DNA of 64,000 nucleotides. It comes from Candidatus Latescibacterota bacterium. GTDB taxonomy: Bacteria > Latescibacterota > UBA2968 > UBA8231. The DNA lies in assembly GCA_965200315.1 (NCBI GenBank), contig OZ241362.1, positions 5,024,001-5,088,000 of the forward strand. Direction: 5' to 3'. The position numbers were made by a program, and so were the translations under genes. Within the stretch, counting starts at the first letter, position 1; each line of letters opens with the position of its first letter. The notes under the pieces are model-generated. The model was not told the origin of the DNA, made no database searches, and was given only the letters and a program-made list of their open reading frames with translations. Below are positions 26,738 to 36,572 of the stretch, piece by piece.

Positions 26738-29530
26738 ATGATCAGAACTAGGGGGATACCCGCGTGGCTGGTCCTTTTGGCACTGGTATGGTCGGCGACC
26801 GAGGCGACCGGCCAGTCGCCGGACCGTCGTTTCGGGACCCAGCGCGGTGCCCAACTCACCTTTGAGCCGCGCGGCCCGGGCGTCCTCTTTGATGCGCTCG
26901 ATCCGGCGCTCAAGAAATGGTACGTGCCGCAAGAGCTATACGTCGATTACGGTTTTCGCCAGTGGGAGTACTCGAACTACGCCAGAGACTTGTACCAACG
27001 CTACGTCAACACCAACCGCCAGGGCGGGCCGTTTTACGACCTGTACGGAAATTACCAGACTTGGGGCTGGCTGATCTTCGATTGGAATCAGACGCAACCG
27101 GGCCAATTTGGTTCGTCGATATACAAAGACCCGAGGTTCAATGCGTGGTTCAATGCCGTTACGGTCTCTGCTGATTCGCGCGATCAGTATTACTTGGCGA
27201 TAACCATTGGTGAGCGCATCCGCACCGCCCTGACTCCGCTGACCTTTTCAAAGCCGCGTTTCAACGGCATCCAGATGGACTTTGCCGCGGACAAATACGA
27301 GGCGACGCTGTTGTTTTCCCGCGCCAGCGAGGCGATTCTCGGCACCACCCCCGCACTCCAGCCCAGCACTTCAACCAACGCGACCAATATGATGGGGGGA
27401 CGGGCCACGGCGCAGGTGGGAGATTTTGTCAAGGTCGGCGCGACTATGGTCAATGCCCACCACTCGCAGACGCTGGCCGAGGCGTTTGAACGCAACCCAT
27501 TCATCGGCACCTTGGGAGCCGGGCAAGGCAGCGATCCGATCCGGGTTATCGCGGTGGTGCTGAGCGACGATTCCCCGGAAGACGGTCAGGGCGGTGCCGC
27601 GTTGTTTGCCCACGACATCATAATTACCGCCGAGGATTTCGACACCAAGAAGCGCACAAAATTCCGCTTGCGAGAGGTGGTAGCCGATCCGACCAAATGG
27701 CCGGTGATTACGGGCGGCTTCCCCCGGGAAGGGTTTCTGGCCGCCGACGGCGAGGAACAAATCGTCATCAACTACGACTTCACCGACTTGGCGTACATTG
27801 GCCCGCGGCCGACCGAGATTGTCGATATCCAGTTCGATCTCGTGGTGGCCAACGACTACAAGATCGAGGTGTGGTCGGATCGCCAGATCGGGCGCGGTAG
27901 TTTGCCCAGCCCGCCGCTTACGGGCTTGGATTTGGCGCAAGCGGGTGCCGTGCTGTTCGATGTCCGCAGCGCCGCAGGCAATGTGACGGACAATTCAAAC
28001 CAGCAGCGCGTCGTCTTTGACTACGGACTGCCATCGGCCAACATGGTATTCGGATTTACGATGGAAGTGCTGCAGTTGATGGGGTTTGACGCCTATGCCG
28101 AGTACGACATTAATCGCGACTACACCCAGTACCCCAACCTCACGCTCGCCAACGCGGACCGCAACCTGCGCACCCACGCGCGCGATGCCGCGGCTTGGAT
28201 GATCAACGTTTCCAAGCAGGCGTATCCGTTCTTTTTGTTCGGCGAAGCCTTCAGCATGGACCCCGACTATTCGACGACGGCGTTTATCGTCGATTCAGGC
28301 GGCAACGTGTACTACGACGACACACGCACCTCAATGTATGAGTTTGTCGATGACAACGACGACCAAGACCGTACGCCCGATTGGAACCGCTGGGGGCAGG
28401 GTGGCCCGGATGCGATCGTTTTTCCCGGTTGGGACGAAAACAACGACTTCGTCTCGGACTTCAACCAGAACGACAATATCTCGCTGAGCAATCGCATCCC
28501 GGACTACGAGGAGCCGTTTTTCCGCTACAAAGTCGATCGCCCAGAATTCCTCTTTGGCATTGACCTCAACAACAACAACTGGATCGATCGGTTTGAAAAC
28601 GACGACTTGCCCGACTACCCCTATCGCAGGAATCACCGGGGCTACAATGTTTATGTCGGCCAATATCTGACGCCGGAGGCGCGATTGACGGTGGGGCGAC
28701 TGCGTGAAGACGAGATTTCTTCCAACCGCCGCAGCCATGCGACCTACGGCGTTTTCACGTATGACCGCGACCACCCGCAATGGGGCCGCTTGCGGTTTTT
28801 CAATTCGTTGAAAAAGGTCGCGGACAATATCCCCGACGTGCGCCGCGAGCCGACTCTATACCTGCAAACGGTCTCGCTGGCCCTCGTTGAGGACATCCTG
28901 CCGGCGAGGGACACTTGGGTCAATGACAGCTACGTGCAATTCGATTGCGAACCGCTCAAAAAGTTGAATGTGAGCAACAAGTTCAAATACAGCCTCTTCA
29001 GCCAGCGCGGTCAGGCGTTCGAAAGCGGCGATGCGCCCATCCTCAATGAACGCACGGAGTTTCTGGGTTTGATCAATAAGGCGGATTACACCCGCAAAAT
29101 TGGCCAGTTCGTGCTGCAACCCAAGGTGAAAAGCGAATACCTCAATCAGACGGCCTTTTTGCAGGCCGATCCCGACCGCAAGGAGTGGATGGGGATTGGC
29201 ATCGTGCAGGCGCGGCTGCCGGTATTGAACAACTCCTTCCTCGAAAGCGGCGTGGAGTATTCGGTTTTCCGCGAGTTGGTCTTGGACGAGGACGCCTTGC
29301 TGGACGACGGCCCCACCCAAGACACGGGCGATTTCCGCAACTTGGTCTTGGCCGTGCAGTGGACGACCCTCGGGCACTACCTCGGCTACAAGCTCACCAC
29401 TCAGTTCGGCGTTAGCTATACCAAGCGGTGGGACGAGGCCGTGATGTTGGGGGCCGACGGCCTTGTGAAGCAGAGCGAGAGCCGATCCTTTGGCACCAGC
29501 TTTATCTCGGTGTACGCCGGTGTAGAATGA
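26738..29530 (+). CDS. Large secreted / putative outer-membrane protein of unknown function, paralog X
   Basis: Signal peptide, Asp/Asn-rich DENNDFVSDFNQN and IDLNNNNW motifs, amphipathic beta-strand-like C-terminus (SFISVYAGVE). GGAG RBS. Confidence 0.7.
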   Translation: MIRTRGIPAWLVLLALVWSATEATGQSPDRRFGTQRGAQLTFEPRGPGVLFDALDPALKKWYVPQELYVDYGFRQWEYSNYARDLYQRYVNTNRQGGPFYDLYGNYQTWGWLIFDWNQTQPGQFGSSIYKDPRFNAWFNAVTVSADSRDQYYLAITIGERIRTALTPLTFSKPRFNGIQMDFAADKYEATLLFSRASEAILGTTPALQPSTSTNATNMMGGRATAQVGDFVKVGATMVNAHHSQTLAEAFERNPFIGTLGAGQGSDPIRVIAVVLSDDSPEDGQGGAALFAHDIIITAEDFDTKKRTKFRLREVVADPTKWPVITGGFPREGFLAADGEEQIVINYDFTDLAYIGPRPTEIVDIQFDLVVANDYKIEVWSDRQIGRGSLPSPPLTGLDLAQAGAVLFDVRSAAGNVTDNSNQQRVVFDYGLPSANMVFGFTMEVLQLMGFDAYAEYDINRDYTQYPNLTLANADRNLRTHARDAAAWMINVSKQAYPFFLFGEAFSMDPDYSTTAFIVDSGGNVYYDDTRTSMYEFVDDNDDQDRTPDWNRWGQGGPDAIVFPGWDENNDFVSDFNQNDNISLSNRIPDYEEPFFRYKVDRPEFLFGIDLNNNNWIDRFENDDLPDYPYRRNHRGYNVYVGQYLTPEARLTVGRLREDEISSNRRSHATYGVFTYDRDHPQWGRLRFFNSLKKVADNIPDVRREPTLYLQTVSLALVEDILPARDTWVNDSYVQFDCEPLKKLNVSNKFKYSLFSQRGQAFESGDAPILNERTEFLGLINKADYTRKIGQFVLQPKVKSEYLNQTAFLQADPDRKEWMGIGIVQARLPVLNNSFLESGVEYSVFRELVLDEDALLDDGPTQDTGDFRNLVLAVQWTTLGHYLGYKLTTQFGVSYTKRWDEAVMLGADGLVKQSESRSFGTSFISVYAGVE

Positions 29531-32361
29531 CGCGACGCAATCTAAAAATGGGGACGCGCCTGCGGTGGGCGGTGGTTTGTCTGCTGGCCGGTCTAGTGCC
29601 AGTGGCTGCCCAGCCCGATTACGGCAACCGCCTAGGGACCAACGAGGAGGACCGGGTTTCCTATTACGCCTCCGGCCCACTCGTGCAGCAGGAAGCGTCC
29701 GTTCCCGCGTTGAAGCGCTGGTACATGCCGCAGGAAATCGTCTCTGAATACCGCTGGCAGTGGGAGTACACCAATTACGCACGGGATCCCTACCGGCGCT
29801 ACTTTTCTCCCGGGCAGGAAGGCGACTATTTCTACGATCTGTACGGGCGCTATTTGACCAAGGGTTGGTTGGTGTACGACTGGCGGCAGCGGCAGCCGAC
29901 CAGTTCTGGAGGCTCGGGCCTGCTCAAACCGTCTGGGCGCTACGACTCGTGGTTCAGCAACCTGCTCGTCTCCACCGATACCAAGGGCCAGCACTATTTG
30001 GGGGTGACCATCGGCGACCTAATCAACACCACGTTGACGCCGATGACGTTCCGCAAAACTAGGTTCAACGGAGTGCAGTTCGACTATGCCTCTGACCGCT
30101 TGGCCGCTACCGTGCTGATGTCGCGGATTAGTCTGCCGGTGCATCAGATTGCTCCGGGTGTGCGCGTCCCCACCGTCACTGAGAATTTTACCAACCTACT
30201 CGGCCTCCGGGGCGAGTGGGAGGTCCTCGACGCCGTGCGCTTGGGTGCGACCTTTGTCAACGCCCACAACGGCCGATCGCAATCCGACCGCGGCGGCAAT
30301 CCCTTCAAGGGCAAGCTGACCAACGGCCAACTGGAAAATCGCATCAACTGGATCATCGTCCGCATAACAGACGACTCACCTGAAGACGGCGCGGGCGGTC
30401 CTACGGTTTTCGACCGGGATATCGAAGTACATACCCAAATCGGCGGCCGCGACACCGTGCTGGTCGGCAGTCAGATCGGTTTTCTGCCGCAGGTAGAGGG
30501 GGGGGCCACGCGCAATGGTTTTCCCGTTGCCGAAGGAGCTGGCAGCGAGGGCGAGATTACCTATCGGTACAATTTCTCTTCGGAGGACCCGGCGGTGATG
30601 GCACTGGAAGACATCATCGACGATGCCGATTTGGTCAACAACATCACCGCAGTGAAGTTCCGCTTCCTACTCAACAACGACTACCGGATCGATGTTACCT
30701 CGGATGTCCAGACCGACAATGAACCGTTGGGTGCCCAATCCAAGTTCTTAAACGTGGTGCGAGCAGCGGGCAATGTCCAAGACAACTCCAACCAGCGGTG
30801 GGTCGTCTTCGACTACGGCCTACCGACGGCGACCCAAATTTTCGGTTTCAGTTTTGAGGTCAGCGATTGGGCGGGCTTGCGGATGTACGGCGAGTACAAT
30901 GTCAACCACCAGTTCCGGCAGTACCCCAATATCACTCGTCAGACGCACCACAGCGCGTCCGGCGTGTTGGGGAATGAGTCGGCCACGGGTTGGATGGTCA
31001 ACGTCGCCAGAGAATTTTATCCCTTCTTCCTGTTCGGCGAGGCGTTCAGCATGGACGCCGAGTACAATACCACGTCGTTTCTCGTCGATCAGGGCGGGCG
31101 GGTCAATTACAGCGACGACGAAGAGGCGCGGTCGGAGTTTCTCTACGACTTGGTCGATGACAACGACGACAACGACATTCGCCTCGACCAGCGGCGCGAC
31201 AAGGAGGGGCTGGCCGACGGAGCGGTGTTCCCCGGGCTCGATGAAAACAACGACTTTATTTCCGATTTTAATCAGAATAACACGCCAGTGCGTCCCAATT
31301 TCATGCCCGATTACGAAGAGCAATTCCTGCGTCACTACGTCGATCGGCCGGAATTCGTCTTTGCCATCGACTTGAACAACAACGGTTGGGGCGAGCGCTT
31401 TGAGAACGACGACGAGCCGGACTATCCCTATAAGCGCGACCAGCGCGGGTACAACGCCTACTTGGGTGCGTGGCTGACGCCGGAGCTGAAGTGGATGGCC
31501 GGGCAAGAGCAAGTGCAGCGATTATCGACCGACGCAAAGAACCTGACCCGCTACGCCCTGCTGGCCTACGAGCGCAATTTCCCGCGGGTGGGAAATGTTG
31601 CCTTTTACAACATGTTTAAGCTGGTACAGGACGACATCGCCGACGATGTGGTCCAGTGGGTGACAGCGCGACCCGAGTTGGGCCGACCGCTGGACTCGCC
31701 GGGGTCGATGCAGCCGGTCATGGATCCGCTGGCGATGCGCAATGCCGTCGTCAATCGGCTGTGGGTCGGTCTCACGGGCAAGGCCTACAAGGGCATCAAC
31801 AGCGAGGGCAAGTTCATCCACGAATTCATTCGGCAGCGCGACGCCGATGCCCGCGACCGCGCCGGCCGCAAGATCGCCCGCAACACGCGGCGGCTGGGGC
31901 TAATCAACCGCCTAGATTACCAATTCTCGCTAGGCCGGTTGACTATACAACCGCGTTTCAAGCACGAACTCTTCATGGACGATACGCCCTACAATATCGG
32001 CCGCCTGACTAGCGCCTCGACAGCCGACCGCCAAGACTGGAGCGGGATTTCCTCGCTCTTGCTGCGGCGTTCCTTTTTGAACCACGTGTCGCTACAGGTG
32101 GGCGTTGAGCACCTGATCTTCCGCGATTTTATCCAAGACGAGACGGCTGCCGCTGGCTTGCACGCCGGCGATACGACCGGGGATTTCGACGAGACTTCGC
32201 TCGCCGTACAATTTTCCATCGACAAGCCGTATCTGGGCTATACCCTGCAAACCCTGATGGGCATAAGGGTGAGCAGGCGCTACTTAGAGCGCTTTGAACA
32301 GCCGAGCGCCCGGGAGACGGGTGCGCTCTCTTTCGTGACGGTATATGGCAGCGTCCGCTAG
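29527..32361 (+). CDS. Large secreted / putative outer-membrane protein of unknown function, paralog Y
   Basis: ATGA-coupled to paralog X with collinear shared motifs (PALKRWY.PQE, LTP.TF.K.RFNG, PFFLFGEAFSMD, RFENDD.PDYPY); ends SFVTVYGSVR. Confidence 0.7.
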   Translation: MTRRNLKMGTRLRWAVVCLLAGLVPVAAQPDYGNRLGTNEEDRVSYYASGPLVQQEASVPALKRWYMPQEIVSEYRWQWEYTNYARDPYRRYFSPGQEGDYFYDLYGRYLTKGWLVYDWRQRQPTSSGGSGLLKPSGRYDSWFSNLLVSTDTKGQHYLGVTIGDLINTTLTPMTFRKTRFNGVQFDYASDRLAATVLMSRISLPVHQIAPGVRVPTVTENFTNLLGLRGEWEVLDAVRLGATFVNAHNGRSQSDRGGNPFKGKLTNGQLENRINWIIVRITDDSPEDGAGGPTVFDRDIEVHTQIGGRDTVLVGSQIGFLPQVEGGATRNGFPVAEGAGSEGEITYRYNFSSEDPAVMALEDIIDDADLVNNITAVKFRFLLNNDYRIDVTSDVQTDNEPLGAQSKFLNVVRAAGNVQDNSNQRWVVFDYGLPTATQIFGFSFEVSDWAGLRMYGEYNVNHQFRQYPNITRQTHHSASGVLGNESATGWMVNVAREFYPFFLFGEAFSMDAEYNTTSFLVDQGGRVNYSDDEEARSEFLYDLVDDNDDNDIRLDQRRDKEGLADGAVFPGLDENNDFISDFNQNNTPVRPNFMPDYEEQFLRHYVDRPEFVFAIDLNNNGWGERFENDDEPDYPYKRDQRGYNAYLGAWLTPELKWMAGQEQVQRLSTDAKNLTRYALLAYERNFPRVGNVAFYNMFKLVQDDIADDVVQWVTARPELGRPLDSPGSMQPVMDPLAMRNAVVNRLWVGLTGKAYKGINSEGKFIHEFIRQRDADARDRAGRKIARNTRRLGLINRLDYQFSLGRLTIQPRFKHELFMDDTPYNIGRLTSASTADRQDWSGISSLLLRRSFLNHVSLQVGVEHLIFRDFIQDETAAAGLHAGDTTGDFDETSLAVQFSIDKPYLGYTLQTLMGIRVSRRYLERFEQPSARETGALSFVTVYGSVR

Positions 32362-32427
32362 CGCCTGTTGGTCGCTGTGTCGCAGTTTAATCCATCCCAC
32401 CCAAAAAATTGTGAGTGTACTAAGTCT

Positions 32428-34134
32428 ATGAAAGCGTACCTGTTTTTGGTTTGCAGTGGAATTCTCCTGGCACTTATGGGTTGTGCAAAAGATGCCGAGG
32501 AACTAGAAGACCCCATTTTAGCCGAAGTGGGAGACCGGCGGATAACAGCCTCTCAACTGATTGACTTTGAACAGCGCTTGCCGGCACAGCTAAAGACGAA
32601 AAAGTCCGGCTTGGACGGCTATCGAGATTATGTACAGACGATTATCGACAAGGAGATCTTTCTCCAAGAAGCGATCAAAAGGGGACTCGACGAGGCACCG
32701 GAGGTGGTGCAGAAGCTACAGCGGGAAAAAGCCGAACGGGTGTTGAGCCTGTTGTTCGAGCGCGAATTTCTCGCCAAGGTCCACGTTGATGAGCAGGAAT
32801 TGCGGGCGGCTTATGAGGCTGCGGACAAGGAGCGCGAGGTCAAGCTGCGCCTGATCATCGTCGACACGCAGGCAGAAGCCGAGGAAATTGGGCAAAGCCT
32901 TGCCGACGGCCGGGATTTCGCCGAACTGGCGCACAGCCGATCACAGCACAAATCGACAGCACCGCAAGGTGGGGAACTGGATGGCTACCTGACCCCCAAG
33001 CGCATTCCGATCTATCTGCAAGAATACATAAACGCGCTTGCGGGCGGCGAGTACTCCGAGTCGATCCGCCTGCCCAATGGCCAGTTCGGGATCTATCAAG
33101 TCATGCACACCCGGCCCGTGAGTTTTGCCACCGCGAGCAACGAGCTGGAGGCCAAGCTGCGAGAGGAAAAGACGACGGAGCTGATAGAGGCATTCTTGGC
33201 GCAACTGCGGACCGACATCGACTTGCAGGCCAACGCCGAGACCTTGCACCAGCTCCAGCAATGGGTCGCGGCAGGGCGCAGAGAGTACACCGAGGCAGAG
33301 CGCGCAGCAGTGCTCTTTCAGTTCAGCGACGGTAGCGTCACGGTGGGTGATTTTTGGGATTATGCCGCAGTGTTGAAGATGGGCTTTTCGGGTGACATTG
33401 CCGAGTCGGTGCGCTGGTTTGCTGAGGACGTGCTATTGCCCCGCACCTTGTTCCTCCAGGTGGCTTATGAAAGGGGGATTGACCGCGAGGATCAGATTGT
33501 GCGCTGGTATGAGCGACGCAAAGACGCCCTGTTGCTGTTGGCGCTTAGGCAGACGGCGGTCAAGGACCAAGTCCATATCGAGCCGGAGGCCATTAGGAAA
33601 CTATACGACGAGCGGCCCGAATTATTCACCGCACCTGAGGAGGTCACGTTGCAGGAGATCATGGTGCAAACTCGGGAAGAGGCCGTCGCAATCAAAGAGC
33701 GAATCGAGGCGGGTGAGGATATGGCAGCACTCGCCGACGAATACACCTTGCGAACGGCGGGCAAGGGCGCACAGGGCACATTTCACATCCACGCCTTTGA
33801 GCAGTCCTTTTATCCAGAATTGATCGACATCGTGCGCAATGCCGAGGTCGGCCGGTTGTACGGCCCGCTAGCGGTGACGGCGCAGGCCGCCCAAGTGGTC
33901 GGACCGGAGGCCATGCCTCGGGGTGGGGAGTACTATTCGGTGTTCAAGGTGCTGAAGTCGAATTTCGGCAGCACTCCCGAGCCTTTTGATGCGGCGGCGA
34001 AGCGAGCGCGGGCGCTTTTGAAACGCGCCGAGGAGAGCCGTTTGGCGGATGCGTTTTTGCTGGGGCTGCGGCGGGACTACGAGGATAAGGTTGTCGTATA
34101 TGAAGACAACCTCAAGACATTGTTGCCCCAATAG
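32428..34134 (+). CDS. Lipoprotein peptidyl-prolyl isomerase with two parvulin (PpiC) domains, SurA/PrsA-like
   Basis: Lipobox LMGC; G.DFAELA...S....APQGGEL and GEDMAALA.EY rotamase motifs. Confidence 0.85.
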   Translation: MKAYLFLVCSGILLALMGCAKDAEELEDPILAEVGDRRITASQLIDFEQRLPAQLKTKKSGLDGYRDYVQTIIDKEIFLQEAIKRGLDEAPEVVQKLQREKAERVLSLLFEREFLAKVHVDEQELRAAYEAADKEREVKLRLIIVDTQAEAEEIGQSLADGRDFAELAHSRSQHKSTAPQGGELDGYLTPKRIPIYLQEYINALAGGEYSESIRLPNGQFGIYQVMHTRPVSFATASNELEAKLREEKTTELIEAFLAQLRTDIDLQANAETLHQLQQWVAAGRREYTEAERAAVLFQFSDGSVTVGDFWDYAAVLKMGFSGDIAESVRWFAEDVLLPRTLFLQVAYERGIDREDQIVRWYERRKDALLLLALRQTAVKDQVHIEPEAIRKLYDERPELFTAPEEVTLQEIMVQTREEAVAIKERIEAGEDMAALADEYTLRTAGKGAQGTFHIHAFEQSFYPELIDIVRNAEVGRLYGPLAVTAQAAQVVGPEAMPRGGEYYSVFKVLKSNFGSTPEPFDAAAKRARALLKRAEESRLADAFLLGLRRDYEDKVVVYEDNLKTLLPQ

Positions 34135-34149
34135 CTGGAGCGGTGTACG

Positions 34150-34242
34150 TTACCACTAAAGGAGCACATTGACGGCATACGCGGTGCTTTAAGAGAGAAC
34201 CAATTTCCAAATGAGGCAGCAGTATCTCAGGGAAGTGTTTAA
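34150..34242 (+). pseudogene. Short N-terminal remnant of an HsdR_N-like restriction endonuclease gene
   Basis: LPLKEHIDGIRGALRENQFPNEAAVSQGSV*. NEAAVSQG resembles the N-terminus of such proteins; recalled, not searched. Confidence 0.4.
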
Positions 34243-34300
34243 TCAAGATTTTTGGCTGTACCAGCTAGTTCACGACTCGTTCTGAGAAAGAAGAATCACA

Positions 34301-34831
34301 ATGACAGATATGTCTTTCGATGATTTCGTAAACCAACAGATAGCCAAGGAAGAACCATCAATCGACTGGATCCAAATACGCGACGATTGGATAAGGCATC
34401 TCGATGAATTCTACCAATTAGCCGAAGGATTCCTACGGAAATACATTGACCAAGGTAAGGTCCGTATTACAAGGACCACAAAGCAGATCAATGAGGAATA
34501 CATCGGTAGTTATGATGTGGAATCTCTTGAGGTCCAGATTGGTACCATCAAAGTTCTCTTCGATCCCATCGGTAGCCTAGTTCTCGGTGTGAAAGGGCGA
34601 GTGGACATGCACGGGCCGCATGGTACGGTTAAGTTTGTTCTTGTCCCGAAAACAGATTCTTCCCCTACGATCCGCGTCATCCAAGAGGAATATAGCGAAG
34701 TAAAGGATGAACCGGAACCTGTTATCGAGGAGTTGGCTTGGAAAATACTTACGCCGCCTCCGAACATCAAATACATCGAACTTGAAGAGGAGTCCTTCCT
34801 TTCCGCAATAATGGAAGTTGTGAATGCCTAG
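34301..34831 (+). CDS. Hypothetical protein in an AT-richer insert
   Basis: 176-aa ORF with lower GC than its flanks; overlaps the next ORF. Confidence 0.7.
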   Translation: MTDMSFDDFVNQQIAKEEPSIDWIQIRDDWIRHLDEFYQLAEGFLRKYIDQGKVRITRTTKQINEEYIGSYDVESLEVQIGTIKVLFDPIGSLVLGVKGRVDMHGPHGTVKFVLVPKTDSSPTIRVIQEEYSEVKDEPEPVIEELAWKILTPPPNIKYIELEEESFLSAIMEVVNA

Positions 34832-35359
34832 TGCTCGGAGAGTCCCGTTTTCTGGAGGACATCTCCCACTGGTCCAGATTGCCCAATATTATAGCGACAT
34901 AGAAGCATCCGTAAGGAACTACTTTTCTTTTGACAAACTGCAATCAGGCGAGCGTTTCGTCGGCTATACGCCACTAGAAATAAAACTTGAGATGACTTCC
35001 GTTCTTGTAGAACATGCACTGAGTACATCTATGAGTATCTTGGCCGCGTTAGAAGCGACTTTCCGTATGGACTTTTTGCAGCGTTGCTATAAAAGACAAA
35101 AAAACCCTCTCTCAAGATCCTTTAGAACATTATATCAGAATAAGGGTCAACATGTGCCGCTAGGGGATATTTTTTTGCAGTGGAAATCGCATCCGAATGT
35201 TCCCCGATCTATCATTTCAGACTTAGAGCAAGCCTTCAAGTATAGACATTGGCTTGCACTGGCCGGTACTGGACGCCTAAAATAGGCCGAGAGTATGACT
35301 ATGACGATATCTACGCGCTTGCTGAGTCGATATATAACTCATTTCCTTTTGCAGAGTGA
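34824..35359 (+). pseudogene. HEPN-like protein with a 1-bp frameshift in the RxxxxH motif
   Basis: Adding one base at 35259/35260 turns RHWLALAG... into RHWLAHGRYWTPKIGREYDYDDIYALAESIYNSFPFAE* (TGA 35357-35359). Confidence 0.6.
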
Positions 35360-35404
35360 TCAGCGGTATCTATGCAGTTATTCATATTCTGAGGAGGACC
35401 AATC

Positions 35405-36556
35405 GTGAAAATCACCGATGTCGAAGTCATTCACTTTCGCACCAAACACCGCGGCCGCAGTGCTGGATCGCGCTGGGGTTATGGCGTGTGGATTGACGAC
35501 GAGGAAGCGGAAGGCACCGGAGCGATCACCAGAATTTCCACCGACGAGGGCGTCACCGGGCACATGTTGGGCGGCAACAAGGCGACTATGGAAGGTGCCA
35601 TCAAAAACCTCCTGGTCGGCGAGGATCCCCTCAACCGCGAGAAGCTATGGCATTGGATGGACCAGATGTCCACGTTTGGCCACAGCCTCGCCGAACACGA
35701 ACTCGGCCTTGTCGATTGTGCGCTGTGGGATCTGGCGGGGCAAAAAGCCGGTATGCCCGTGTACCAACTGTTGGGCGGCACTCGCGACAAAGTCGAAGCA
35801 TACGCCAGTACGCACCCGAACTTGGGCGGTCCCGAGGTGTATGAAGAACTGGCGCGAGAGTGCGTAGCGCGCGGTTATAAAGCCTTCAAAGTACACGCTA
35901 ACATCTGCTGGAATCCGCACACGCGGGAGCCCGCGCCGCAACTGCCGGGATTTCCCAAAGAGGATGTGGAGATTTGTCGCGCCGTGCGCGAAGCCGTAGG
36001 CGACGATATCGTGCTGATGCTCGATCCGTTCGGCGTCTATACTCTAGAGGAATCGCTGTGGGTGGCGCGGGAATTGGAGGAGTTGAACTACTACTGGTTG
36101 GAGCACCCGATGGTCGAGACGCGGGTAGAGTCCTATCGCCGCTTGACGGAGCAGACCTCCATCGCCATCTGCTCCCCCGAACACGTCAAGGGCGGTCCCT
36201 TTGCACGGGCCGAGTGGCTGTTGCAAGGGGCCTGCGATATGCTGCGCATTGATGTGAATTACGGCGGCATCACTGGCTGCTGGAAGCTCGTCAACTTGTG
36301 CCAGCTCTACGGTGTGCAATGCGAGCTGCACGGGGTGGGTGCCCCGCACGTGCAGTTGGCCGCGGCCGCTCCCGAAGCCACCTGCCGCTATTACGAGCGC
36401 GGTCTGTTGCGGCTTGGGCGCGATTACGACGAGAGCCCACCGCACCTTGTTCAGATCGCCGACCCTATGGACGACGAAGGGTGCGTACTCGTGTCGCAGG
36501 AACCGGGGCTGGGGATAGCCTACAACTGGGATTATATCGCTGACAACCTGATCTGA
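35405..36556 (+). CDS. Mandelate racemase/muconate lactonizing (enolase superfamily) enzyme
   Basis: MKITDV, DCALWDLAG....MPVYQLLGG, GYKAFKVH, LMLD, WLEHP, GGITG. GAGGAGG RBS. Confidence 0.9.
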   Translation: MKITDVEVIHFRTKHRGRSAGSRWGYGVWIDDEEAEGTGAITRISTDEGVTGHMLGGNKATMEGAIKNLLVGEDPLNREKLWHWMDQMSTFGHSLAEHELGLVDCALWDLAGQKAGMPVYQLLGGTRDKVEAYASTHPNLGGPEVYEELARECVARGYKAFKVHANICWNPHTREPAPQLPGFPKEDVEICRAVREAVGDDIVLMLDPFGVYTLEESLWVARELEELNYYWLEHPMVETRVESYRRLTEQTSIAICSPEHVKGGPFARAEWLLQGACDMLRIDVNYGGITGCWKLVNLCQLYGVQCELHGVGAPHVQLAAAAPEATCRYYERGLLRLGRDYDESPPHLVQIADPMDDEGCVLVSQEPGLGIAYNWDYIADNLI

Positions 36557-36572
36557 GCGGAGGAATCGGCAC

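Noticed and set aside
25040-26740. Direct or inverted repeats around the first AAA-ATPase gene (also checked the 34.1-35.4, 41.4-44.6 and 47.5-48.5 kb inserts)
   Set aside because: Only matches of about 5-7 bp were visible, which is not significant.
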